This document shows positions 1-8,837 of a DNA stretch of 64,000 bases, piece by piece (positions within the stretch are counted from its first letter, which is position 1; the number at the start of each line of letters is the position of its first letter). A program made the translations under genes and the position numbers. The notes beneath the pieces are model-generated. The model did no database searches and was not told the DNA's origin. It saw only the letters and a list, made by a program, of their open reading frames with translations. The stretch is from Nanobdellota archaeon (lineage in GTDB: Archaea; Nanobdellota; Nanobdellia; SCGC-AAA011-G17; JACPNG01): assembly GCA_038046345.1 (NCBI GenBank), contig JBBSWJ010000005.1:24784-88783 (forward strand), in the 5' to 3' direction.

Positions 1-258
1 ACTAAATGGGGGCACAAACCTTAAAGTCTGTTCCTGTTCATCAAAATAACATTCAGCAGTATTACCCTCAAGATTAGGAATGTATGTACATGGATCAAAC
101 GAATCAAGCCTAAGTCGTTTCTCTAATTCTTGATATACCTCCGATAACTCGTCATCACATTTATCTAGTTTATAGGTTGTACACGCTAGTCTTAGTTGAT
201 CATCAGCAAGGTAAAAACGTTTTTCTTCTGTAAGCTCCAACGCATTTATACATGCCAT
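1..258 (-). CDS. partial hypothetical protein (C-terminal part; the gene runs off the window start)
   Basis: Minus-strand reading frame is open from the window edge; an internal Met lies at 258 and a possible TTG start near 330. Cys-containing product with no recognised domain. Confidence 0.25.
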   Translation of the reverse strand, partial: MACINALELTEEKRFYLADDQLRLACTTYKLDKCDDELSEVYQELEKRLRLDSFDPCTYIPNLEGNTAECYFDEQEQTLRFVPPFS

Positions 259-439
259 TCCTGATTGTAATTCAATAATGTAATTAAATCGCTCTGCACA
301 TGTAGGTTTTATCTTATCAGCCTCTGGTTTTTGCAAAAATAACAATAAAGCTAAACCAATAGATCCAGCAAAATTAATGATACCCACTGCATCTTAAGTG
401 TGCATAATCTATATAAGCTTATTGATAACTCTCTTATTT

Positions 440-907
440 ATGACTTTATCTGAAGGGGTTAGAGCTCCTAACTTTTTATTAAAAAACCAACATGGAGAGG
501 ATGTATCTAAAGATCATTTTAAGGGTAAGTGGGTTGTGCTTTATTTTTATCCAAAAGACAATACTCCTGGATGTTCAATGGAAGCAAATAATTTTACATC
601 TAAACTTAATAAGTTTAAGAAACTAAATGCAGTAATACTAGGCGTAAGTCCAGACTCATGTAAAAGCCATCTAAAATTCATAAAAGATGAGAAGCTAAAA
701 ATAATTTTATTAAGCGATGAAGATAAGTCTACATTGTCTGCATACGGTGTTTGGCAGGAAAAAAGTATGTATGGAAGAAAATATATGGGCGTAGTTAGAA
801 CAACCTTTTTAATAAATCCAGCAGGGATGATCAATAAGATATGGACAGATGTAAAAGTAAATGGTCATGTAGAAGCAGTATTAAAGTATATCAAGGACGC
901 AAACTAA
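440..907 (+). CDS. bcp: peroxiredoxin, Bcp/thiol peroxidase family
   Basis: Motif FYPKDNTPGC matches the peroxiredoxin catalytic Cys context. The track ORF begins at 398, but the likely true start is the Met at 440 (MTLSEG...). Confidence 0.85.
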   Translation: MTLSEGVRAPNFLLKNQHGEDVSKDHFKGKWVVLYFYPKDNTPGCSMEANNFTSKLNKFKKLNAVILGVSPDSCKSHLKFIKDEKLKIILLSDEDKSTLSAYGVWQEKSMYGRKYMGVVRTTFLINPAGMINKIWTDVKVNGHVEAVLKYIKDAN

Positions 908-1877
908 GCTTTAGTGGAATAATCATAGTAGTTTCATTTCTTTTAATAGTAATGTTTATATCTGTTCCTGGGCTGATCCAAGCAACATGGTTTCTTAGTT
1001 CATTACTAGAAGTAATAGTCTTATTGTCTATAGCAATGATTAAATCACCCTGTTTAATTCCAGCGCCTAAAGCTGGGCCGGTATCATCAAATCCTGTAAC
1101 CAGTGATCCTTCAATAAAAACACCATTGCCTTTATCATCAAACTTGATAAGATCCTCGACAATAACACCAATGTAGCCACGATCAACTTTCCCATCATTT
1201 GTGAGAGTTAAAAAAATTTTTTTTACCAAATTACTAGGTATTGCAAAGCCCAACTCGCCAGCATTTTCTTCGGAAATAATAAAAGTATTAATCCCAATAA
1301 CTTTGCTATTCAGGTCTAACAAAGGCCCACCAGAATTACCGGGGTTAATTGAAGCATCAGTTTGGATAAAGTCTCTATAAACTGTTGGCCCGCGATCACG
1401 ATGTACTGCGCTGATAATCCCGGATGTAACAGTAAAGTCTAAACCAAATGGGTTTCCTATAGCTACAACTTCTGATCCAACTTTAGCGTTATCAGAATCT
1501 GCCAGTTCTAAGAAATCTAAGTTGTCAACGTTTATCTTTAAAACAGCAATGTCAGTGCTTTTATCAACTCCAACATTCTCGGCTACATAGATATTTTTGT
1601 TATGTAATCTAACAGTAATATTATCTGTGTCGTCAACAACATGATAGTTAGTTATTATATAACCGTCACTAGCAACAATAACTCCTGATCCAGTTTTTTC
1701 ATCAGCGCGTATAAACACAACAGAAGAAGTAGCTTTTTCAGCAACGTCTTCAATATTATTTATTGTTAAAACTTCTCCATAGTTATTCTGATAAAATAAA
1801 AATATAGATGCTAACTGAATGATTATTAGTATAATAATCACAGTCCAAAGAATCTTTATCTGGTCTCGCCTAAGCAT
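891..1877 (-). CDS. htrA: HtrA/DegP-like trypsin-family serine protease with C-terminal PDZ domain, N-terminal membrane anchor
   Basis: Catalytic His (TNYHVV), Asp, and Ser in GNSGGPL. N-terminal hydrophobic helix, then a PDZ-like C-terminal region. Confidence 0.85.
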   Translation of the reverse strand: MLRRDQIKILWTVIIILIIIQLASIFLFYQNNYGEVLTINNIEDVAEKATSSVVFIRADEKTGSGVIVASDGYIITNYHVVDDTDNITVRLHNKNIYVAENVGVDKSTDIAVLKINVDNLDFLELADSDNAKVGSEVVAIGNPFGLDFTVTSGIISAVHRDRGPTVYRDFIQTDASINPGNSGGPLLDLNSKVIGINTFIISEENAGELGFAIPSNLVKKIFLTLTNDGKVDRGYIGVIVEDLIKFDDKGNGVFIEGSLVTGFDDTGPALGAGIKQGDLIIAIDNKTITSSNELRNHVAWISPGTDINITIKRNETTMIIPLKLSLRP

Positions 1878-1909
1878 AGCTGAACCACGTAATATTGCTT
1901 ATATAAAGC

Positions 1910-2689
1910 TTATCTTACCCCAAATAATCTTAAGATCTTACTAAAATAATCTGGTTTAATAGGCGCACGTTCATCTATGTATGGTGCACCGCATAATTCA
2001 GAAGCAAGTTTTTTATATGAGACCGACGCATCAGATGTAGGGTGGGTATAAATAACATTATCTCGTAGGGCAAGACTCTCTTTAATCTCTATTGACTCAG
2101 GTATAATTGCTATAACCTTATGTTCTAACAAAGCTTCAATGTTCTCAATTGGGATTTCATCATTAGAATTACGATATCTTGTAACAACCACACCAAGAAT
2201 TTTTTTACCCATGTCTTCAGCAACACGAATAGTTTTTAATGCATCAGCTATTGCAGGCATTTCAGGATTTGTAGTAATAATAATCTCATCACTTGCATCT
2301 ATGGCTAATAATGCTTCTTTACCAAGCCCTGCAGCGCAGTCAATAATAACAAAATCAGTAAGCCCCTTTAAGCCACGTATTACCTGCTTAAGCCTGTCAG
2401 GTTTTGTATTCTTCATGTCATCAAGAGATATACTTGCGGGAACTATTTTAGTACCAGTAGGATGTATATAGACGGCTTCAGAGATATGATTCTTACCTTG
2501 TAATACATGGTTTAAATTGATTGGAACAACCGGGCTGCCGAGATAAATCCCTACATTGGGGGTAGTAAGGTTTGCATCCACAACAGTTACATCTTTACCA
2601 AAAAAGTTCAAAGCACAACCAAGAGACACAGCAGTAGTAGTCTTTGCCACACCGCCTTTACCACCAGTAATAAGGATATAACGAGTCAT
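1910..2689 (-). CDS. minD: MinD/ParA-family P-loop ATPase (archaeal MinD-like)
   Basis: Deviant Walker A ITGGKGGVAKTTTA; length and architecture typical of MinD. Confidence 0.85.
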   Translation of the reverse strand: MTRYILITGGKGGVAKTTTAVSLGCALNFFGKDVTVVDANLTTPNVGIYLGSPVVPINLNHVLQGKNHISEAVYIHPTGTKIVPASISLDDMKNTKPDRLKQVIRGLKGLTDFVIIDCAAGLGKEALLAIDASDEIIITTNPEMPAIADALKTIRVAEDMGKKILGVVVTRYRNSNDEIPIENIEALLEHKVIAIIPESIEIKESLALRDNVIYTHPTSDASVSYKKLASELCGAPYIDERAPIKPDYFSKILRLFGVR

Positions 2690-2723
2690 AACTATGAATT
2701 GCCCACCAAACTTTTAAATGTTT

Positions 2724-3200
2724 CTATGTATCTTCTTCCTTCCAGGCCATACCACCGTTCTTATCAATCCATTCACGAGAAAATTGGTAGAACTCTTTTG
2801 TTGAAACAAAATAAGACATCAGTTTCTCTTGATTGACTTCTACTTTTTCTGCGATTAGGGTAACATTTTTACGGTATTCTTCGCGGCCTTTGATTTTATT
2901 TTTCACAATCTTCCTCATTAATAAGTACAATTTAACCCACTCCTTGATTTTTTTATTGTTTTTAAATAATTTTTTTTCAATGATCTCAATTCTCTCAACA
3001 TGGCTTTGCGGGATTATATTTATCATTTTTTTTCTTTTAGCTATTTCTAAAATATCCAAAAAGATATAATCCATTGCTTCAATAAGACGTGATAGGGTAT
3101 TATTAATAACATCAATTGTACGAGTGTACTTTAATGTAACATAAATCAGATGGTCCACACGTTGTAATTGTCCTTTTGCTGTGTCACTGTCTTCTAACAT
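2724..3200 (-). CDS. hypothetical alpha-helical protein, paralog 2 of a tandem pair
   Basis: Shares the N-terminal motif (R/T)xDHLxYVT and a downstream AMD motif with the adjacent 3184..3663 ORF. Confidence 0.5.
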   Translation of the reverse strand: MLEDSDTAKGQLQRVDHLIYVTLKYTRTIDVINNTLSRLIEAMDYIFLDILEIAKRKKMINIIPQSHVERIEIIEKKLFKNNKKIKEWVKLYLLMRKIVKNKIKGREEYRKNVTLIAEKVEVNQEKLMSYFVSTKEFYQFSREWIDKNGGMAWKEEDT

Positions 3201-3663
3201 CGATGAATACCTTGTTAACCTTGCTCATGAATATTTTAGCTTGGTTGATATACTTTTTAATTGTTTCGATGGATAGGGCATTTGCCTTGAATGAAACATT
3301 AAACATAATAAACTTATCATCGCGGGATAATTCGAATGGGCTATTCTTATGTTCTGCTAATACACATCGAAGTTCTTCAATCAGATTAATTTGTGAAACA
3401 TCAAACTTATAACGTGGGCCGGACTTAAGTCTAAACAGCTCAATACGTGTGTGTATATCCTTAGAATAAATCGGAATACGTTTGTACATGCGATCGTATC
3501 GTAAAATAGCGTCCATACCAGCTACTAAAGAGTCATAGATATTCTCCATTATGCCTATTAACAATTTATTTTCCTTAACCAAGTTGTAAGTAACATATGT
3601 TAAATGATCGGCAGTTTGGAGCTTTCTATTAGCTAATTCAAGGAGTGCTTTGATTTCTTCCAT
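3184..3663 (-). CDS. hypothetical alpha-helical protein, paralog 1 of a tandem pair
   Basis: TADHLTYVT motif, paralogous to 2724..3200; overlaps its neighbour by 17 nt, suggesting an operon. Confidence 0.5.
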   Translation of the reverse strand: MEEIKALLELANRKLQTADHLTYVTYNLVKENKLLIGIMENIYDSLVAGMDAILRYDRMYKRIPIYSKDIHTRIELFRLKSGPRYKFDVSQINLIEELRCVLAEHKNSPFELSRDDKFIMFNVSFKANALSIETIKKYINQAKIFMSKVNKVFIDVRRQ

Positions 3664-3703
3664 TTGTTTATTAAATAATAAAGCTTAATAAGTATTATTG
3701 TAA

Positions 3704-4036
3704 TCAATTATTTTTTTGTAAGTATAGGATTGCTCCAGCAATATCCCCTTCTTTTTCTAAAGCTTCTTTGGCTTCTTCTTCAGAACAGTTAGTTTGATCC
3801 ATAATTGTATTTATATCTTCTTGTGAGAACAGCTCCCTATCATGAACTTCAATGTCTCCTATTATCTGGAATGTATCTTGCCCCATCATATTAACTTTTG
3901 TAACTTGCGGGTTTAAGATAACTATTTCTTTGTCAGAAGTTTTAATGATTACTTCTTTTGCATCAATTTCTTCTTGTTTAATGCCTAGCTTCTTCATTGC
4001 TTTTTGCATTTCTTTAGGATTTATTCCAGGAAACAT
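3704..4036 (-). CDS. nac: nascent polypeptide-associated complex protein (archaeal NAC alpha) with C-terminal UBA domain
   Basis: N-terminus MFPGINPKEMQKAMKKLGI and a C-terminal UBA-like segment EEEAKEALEKEGDIAGAILYL. Confidence 0.85.
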   Translation of the reverse strand: MFPGINPKEMQKAMKKLGIKQEEIDAKEVIIKTSDKEIVILNPQVTKVNMMGQDTFQIIGDIEVHDRELFSQEDINTIMDQTNCSEEEAKEALEKEGDIAGAILYLQKNN

Positions 4037-4179
4037 GCAAGTTAGAAAAATATCAAATATATAAAATTTCGCATTTTATGATAAATTCCGGTATAAGCGT
4101 AGTTTTATTACGCTTAATACATGTTAATTGCAATTTGAGAGCCCAAGCAAAACGGGGTACCAGCAGTGCAATATCCACT

Positions 4180-5049
4180 TTATATTTGAAGGTTAAAAGG
4201 ATGTTCAATTTCCTTTATTCCAATGCAATAATCAGAGAGACCACAATACAAATTAGAATGTTCATCTATGCCCCCTGGAAAAATGATGTCGTCTAATTCA
4301 GGACTTCTTTTTGAAGGCGAATATGGGAAATCGGCTCTTCTTGCCAGAATTCTTAAATCTGAATAAACACTAGTTTTCGGATTAAATCTAAAAGAGACAG
4401 CATAATAATGCTTTTTCAAATCCACTTCAGTTGTTGTTTTATGAGCCTTATGTCCAATCACTCCAATTTCTTCATCTGATAGTTTTATCGCTTGATTTAC
4501 ACCTCCCCAAGAACCATCCTCAAACAAACCATTGATTATATTGACATTATACCAATCATTTTCTGTGAATCTTTGTAGCTCATCAATTCTACTAATTTCT
4601 AAGTATCCAATTTTACATAATCCGCTAATTTTTTCTTGCGGCCTTGTAAAAACTCCAATTCTATCTTCCAAATCAACTAAACGAATATCTTTCATCCCTA
4701 CAGGGCCAGATGCAAAAAATTCCAAATTCCTAATTGAGTCTCCCCTATAAATATCTTGATTCCATATAATACCGTTTTCACATTTCTCGACTCTTACACC
4801 CAAAATAAATATTTCACCTTTCACTTTAACATATGCAGGATCCTGTAATTGAAGTGGGGTTACTGTATCATCAATCTCCCATTCATTCTCATTTAATTTA
4901 TATGCAAAAAATATTCTGGAATCTAATTCGCTATCAAGAGATTCAATTCTAATCCCTATATAGGTTTTTCCACTATCACAAAAAGGAACTGTGGGATTAT
5001 AAGCAGTTTTTCCTTTTATGTTTCTGATTGGTACAATTTTGGATTTCAT
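4180..5049 (-). CDS. hypothetical beta-strand-rich protein (possible DUF1861/beta-propeller glycosidase-like fold)
   Basis: Repeated beta-strand-like segments; the fold assignment is from memory only. Confidence 0.35.
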   Translation of the reverse strand: MKSKIVPIRNIKGKTAYNPTVPFCDSGKTYIGIRIESLDSELDSRIFFAYKLNENEWEIDDTVTPLQLQDPAYVKVKGEIFILGVRVEKCENGIIWNQDIYRGDSIRNLEFFASGPVGMKDIRLVDLEDRIGVFTRPQEKISGLCKIGYLEISRIDELQRFTENDWYNVNIINGLFEDGSWGGVNQAIKLSDEEIGVIGHKAHKTTTEVDLKKHYYAVSFRFNPKTSVYSDLRILARRADFPYSPSKRSPELDDIIFPGGIDEHSNLYCGLSDYCIGIKEIEHPFNLQI

Positions 5050-5206
5050 TCTTACCTTATATTCAGAGATTAGAGGATATTTATAATGTTTTATTTTATA
5101 ATTACTAACAAATTAATAATTGAAAAATGAGCTGGCCCCCCTAAAATATAGCCTGCTTCGCAGATTATTGATAATCTTTATATAATGTATTTTCTTTTCA
5201 ATAGGT

Positions 5207-5842
5207 ATGACTTACAAATTAGTTTGTTTTGATATGGATGGAGTGATATTCAAAGATGTTAATTTCTGGATGGAACTCCATAAGAAATTCGGAACATTAG
5301 CACAGGGTATAGAATTAACAAAAAAATATCTCCATACGGATTATGATAGATTAGTAGAAGAGGTTGTTGTAAAGTTATGGAAAGGAAAAAATGCAAAACT
5401 CTATTATGATTTAGTTAATTCTATTGAATATCTGCCTGGCGTTCAAGAAACTTTTGCCCATCTCAAAACTAGAGGTTACATGACTGCCATAATTAGTGCT
5501 TCAAGTATTGATGTTGCCAGAAGAGTACAAAAAGACTGGGGGGTAGATCATATTTTTGCTAATGAATTAGTTATAAGAAATGGAAAAGTTACAGGGGAAT
5601 TTATCTGGCCAATAGGTGCTGGAAAAGAAAAGAAAGCACAAATAATACAAGGTTTATGTTTTAGTTTGGGTATCTCACCGAAAGAAGTAATTTATGTTGG
5701 CGATGGTGATACTGATATTGAAGCGTTTAAAGAAGTTGGAATTTCTATTGCGTTTAATTCATCTTCAGAAGAACTTAAAAAAGTCGCCAAATATTCAGTG
5801 AATACACATAATCTTGCAGATGTGATTAAGTACATCCATTAA
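5207..5842 (+). CDS. HAD-superfamily hydrolase, subfamily IB (phosphoserine-phosphatase-like)
   Basis: HAD motifs: I FDMDGV, II ISASS, IV GDGDTD. Confidence 0.8.
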   Translation: MTYKLVCFDMDGVIFKDVNFWMELHKKFGTLAQGIELTKKYLHTDYDRLVEEVVVKLWKGKNAKLYYDLVNSIEYLPGVQETFAHLKTRGYMTAIISASSIDVARRVQKDWGVDHIFANELVIRNGKVTGEFIWPIGAGKEKKAQIIQGLCFSLGISPKEVIYVGDGDTDIEAFKEVGISIAFNSSSEELKKVAKYSVNTHNLADVIKYIH

Positions 5843-6143
5843 ATCAATTTTGCCCTTTATTCTATGTCTTGATGTAACGCTTCGCTCTCGCCTTAGGTTC
5901 GGAGAAATAAAAACTAAGGCTTAAGGATAGTAATGGTATATTTTAGATTAGGCTACAAAGCACATTCAATAATAATATTATCATCTGGATCATTTTTGAC
6001 TACATCAACTTTCTTTTTTGGTTTTACTAAAGTTACAAATTCCAGACGTTTACTTTACAGCTCACTAAAAATTATTTATCTGACGCTGGGTATAATTTAT
6101 TTTGGGCTCTTCTATAAACTACAAAGAGTAGAGAAACAACGAA

Positions 6144-6731
6144 ATGGCAACATTTATAAACTACAGTAAATATAGTTTTACTATGATAAATATATACAAA
6201 CAAGAGTTAACAGTATTACAACAAGAAATATTAAGGTTGTTATTTGTTAAAGCCGGGGTGTCTTTGAATCAAAGAAGAATAGCAAGAATGCTCAAAGTAA
6301 CGCCTCCGGCAGTTATGAAAGCTCTTCCAAAATTAGAAGAAAAAGCCTTAATAAATTTAAATCAAGATGAAGATTCTAAGAGATGGTCCATTGAGTTAAA
6401 CAGGGACAATCATAAAGTTATCCAACTAAAGCGGGTGGACAATCTAAGGCAAATATATAGTTCTGGATTAGCCGATTTTTTAGAAAAAGAATTCGCAGGA
6501 GCCACTATAATCCTTTTTGGTAGTTATTCAAGAGGTGAAGACACAATAACATCTGATATTGATATTGTAGTAATCGGGAGAAAAGAGAAACAAATGAAAT
6601 TAACTAATTTTGATAAAGCACTTGAAAGAACTATCTTCATCAACTTTTATTCTTCCTTTAAAGAAGTTCATAAGCATTTGAGAGAAAATATTTTTAATGG
6701 GATAATACTTGCAGGCGGAATTGAAATATGA
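6144..6731 (+). CDS. winged-HTH plus minimal nucleotidyltransferase (MNT) domain protein
   Basis: N-terminal wHTH (RIARMLKVTPPAVMKAL); NTase motif GSYSRGEDTITSDIDIVV. ATGA overlap with the downstream ORF. Confidence 0.75.
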   Translation: MATFINYSKYSFTMINIYKQELTVLQQEILRLLFVKAGVSLNQRRIARMLKVTPPAVMKALPKLEEKALINLNQDEDSKRWSIELNRDNHKVIQLKRVDNLRQIYSSGLADFLEKEFAGATIILFGSYSRGEDTITSDIDIVVIGRKEKQMKLTNFDKALERTIFINFYSSFKEVHKHLRENIFNGIILAGGIEI

Positions 6732-7174
6732 AAGATTTAAAACAATTTGAGGAATTTATAAGGACAGGTATTATCAAAAAACAATCACCAGATAAATCGA
6801 GGTCAAAGTTTTTGGTTATGGAAGCTGAGCAAGGTTATACTTACTTGCTTAAGTTAATAAAAACAATGGGTATTGAAAATCGGAATGCTAATGATTATGT
6901 GAAAAATTGCTATGATATTTTAATGGAGCTGACAAGAGCAAAGATGTTGCTTGAGGGATTAAACGCTTCTGGCTTTAAGGCACATGAATCAGAGATTGCT
7001 TACTGGTGGATTTTGCAGTTTAAAGAACAAGATATCCGATTCTTAGATAAAATTAGATTCTTTAGGAATGGGATGCTTTATTATGGAACAATCTTGGATA
7101 AGGAATACGCAGAGAAAGTGATAGAATTTACAAAAAATAATTATCAAAAATTGAAGGCCATCTTAAATAAATGA
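6728..7174 (+). CDS. HEPN-like domain protein, cognate partner of the MNT
   Basis: All-alpha, about 150 aa, translationally coupled to the MNT. Motif RNGMLYYG sits at the HEPN Rx4-6H position with Tyr in place of His. Confidence 0.55.
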   Translation: MKDLKQFEEFIRTGIIKKQSPDKSRSKFLVMEAEQGYTYLLKLIKTMGIENRNANDYVKNCYDILMELTRAKMLLEGLNASGFKAHESEIAYWWILQFKEQDIRFLDKIRFFRNGMLYYGTILDKEYAEKVIEFTKNNYQKLKAILNK

Positions 7175-7494
7175 AATTCCAAAATGAATGGTATAACCAC
7201 TACTAACGACCACATGATGGAAAAAACCAATTCTAACGCTTGATTTATAACAGTTGGTTGTGATGAAAGAATAAAAAAAGAAGCAGTCAACAAAGCGCAT
7301 TTGATTCTTAGAAAAATTGCAAAAACTGAGGCTAAACTTACATTAACCAAAAATAAATATGGAACGGCTACAATTACCAATAAGCCTTTCAAAAAGCGCA
7401 GTAAGAAGGTATATACAAACATGTAATAAACGAAATACGTAATTAGACGTTGTTTAAATCCTAGCAAAGATAATCCCAAAAATAGAAACAACAA
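7144..7494 (-). CDS. hypothetical hydrophobic ORF (possibly spurious)
   Basis: Highly hydrophobic 116-aa frame. Overlaps the HEPN gene by 31 nt and Sec61-beta by 41 nt in another frame. Confidence 0.2.
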   Translation of the reverse strand: MLFLFLGLSLLGFKQRLITYFVYYMFVYTFLLRFLKGLLVIVAVPYLFLVNVSLASVFAIFLRIKCALLTASFFILSSQPTVINQALELVFSIMWSLVVVIPFILEFHLFKMAFNF

Positions 7495-7606
7495 GAATCA
7501 AACCGACAACAAATTTTGGTGATATCTTAATCTTGCTTTTATACTCATCAAAATACCGGACAATTCCTCCACCGCTAGAAGGCATTTGTATTTTTTCATT
7601 TGACAT
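7454..7606 (-). CDS. secG: preprotein translocase subunit Sec61-beta/SecG (archaeal)
   Basis: 50-aa ORF missed by the track: MSNEKIQMPSSGGGIVRYFDEYKSKIKISPKFVVGLILVVSIFGIIFARI. Matches the archaeal Sec61-beta pattern (SxGGLxRYxDE ... C-terminal TM). Confidence 0.7.
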   Translation of the reverse strand: MSNEKIQMPSSGGGIVRYFDEYKSKIKISPKFVVGLILVVSIFGIIFARI

Positions 7607-7643
7607 AAAAAAAGAAAGAAAAAAAGGTTTAAAAGAGTTTTGA

Positions 7644-8660
7644 TTAGTTCTTGCCTAAGATTGCATTAGCATAAGCCAGCAACTCGCTGTTAGCTGGGCT
7701 ACTACCTGATTGAGTTTGAGCACTACTGCCCCAGTAGGCACAGCTGCCATCAAAACCTTTTAGCTGAGATGTTACATTTGCTCTCAGATTATTATGGTGG
7801 TTTGTTATAAGCTCAACACGATCATTTAATAGTCTACCACCATTCGCAAGATAGATCGCAGTGATATCTGCTGGGCCTATAACCATTATGTTATCAAGCA
7901 TGGCTTTAGCATTATCAAGGCTTTCAGTATATGCAATTGCTGCTTTTACTTGAGCGTCATGTGCATGATGTAACATCTCAATGCTATCCCTAGTCTGCTC
8001 AGCTCTATTATGCAGAGATCTTGCGCATGCAGCTTTTTCATTAATGTCTATTTCTAACAAATGGCGAGCAACATCATATCTTATCTGCTCAGTTTCAGTA
8101 TATGGCCCTTTTATTTTACTGGCTATTTCATGCATCAAGAACTCTTGTTCTGATCGATGGTCCATTAACGTGTCGTAAGCGTTAGCAGCATCAATTGTTT
8201 CTCTACCGCGGTGTTTAAGCAGTACTTTCACATTATTTTGTGAGGTCCTATAAACTGTGCATAATCTAGTCAGGCAATCACTTATCCTGCCCAATGCGTC
8301 GGTCATAACATTAAAGAGTTTTCTCAATCCGGATGGTTCTTTTCCTGTGTTCAAATTTTGAGTTCCATTAAACGAGTCATATACCCCGAATATTCTGTCT
8401 GTTAACCTTATGTTATTCGTAGCATACTTTGAAGCTCCTTTAACATATTTAGCGAACGCTTTGTCAAAAGTGTAGGAATCACCAAGTATAGCTCTTAAAG
8501 TTCTTCCTTCATCAATCATAGCAGGTTTATCTAATTGTAATACCTCTTTAGAAAGTAACCCTGCTCTTTCTAGTCTTTCATCTAGGCTTAATATCTCTGC
8601 TTTCCCATTACCATTATCGGTTTCATTAATATCAATAACTGTTTCTTTTGCTGTGTTCAT
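7644..8660 (-). CDS. hypothetical protein, compositionally atypical (GC-richer) orphan
   Basis: 338 aa, alpha-helical, no signal peptide and no recognised motif. Codon usage is visibly GC-richer than its neighbours. Confidence 0.5.
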   Translation of the reverse strand: MNTAKETVIDINETDNGNGKAEILSLDERLERAGLLSKEVLQLDKPAMIDEGRTLRAILGDSYTFDKAFAKYVKGASKYATNNIRLTDRIFGVYDSFNGTQNLNTGKEPSGLRKLFNVMTDALGRISDCLTRLCTVYRTSQNNVKVLLKHRGRETIDAANAYDTLMDHRSEQEFLMHEIASKIKGPYTETEQIRYDVARHLLEIDINEKAACARSLHNRAEQTRDSIEMLHHAHDAQVKAAIAYTESLDNAKAMLDNIMVIGPADITAIYLANGGRLLNDRVELITNHHNNLRANVTSQLKGFDGSCAYWGSSAQTQSGSSPANSELLAYANAILGKN

Positions 8661-8837
8661 ATAAATCCCCCCAGATAGTTTTTATAATCTGAAAGAATTT
8701 TGGCCAAATCTCTTTCAATAATTAAACATCCTAATTTCTGAATGTTATGAAAAAATAAAAAGAAAACCTTATTAAAAAAGGTTAATACTAAAAAACCGAA
8801 ATTATTACAGTATTCTATAAATATTTTTCAAACTAGA

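Noticed and set aside
2139-2471. Numerous short antisense ORFs inside well-supported genes (for example 2139..2471, 9401..9638, 28175..28630, 29045..29413, 34695..35126, 61125..61466)
   Set aside because: They are fully embedded antisense to conserved genes (minD, thioredoxin, aIF5B, gyrA, SLT) and have a hydrophobic, low-complexity AT-rich codon bias.
7144-7494. 116-aa hydrophobic ORF
   Set aside because: It overlaps both the HEPN gene 3' end and Sec61-beta in alternative frames and has extreme F/L/V composition. Retained only as a low-confidence feature.
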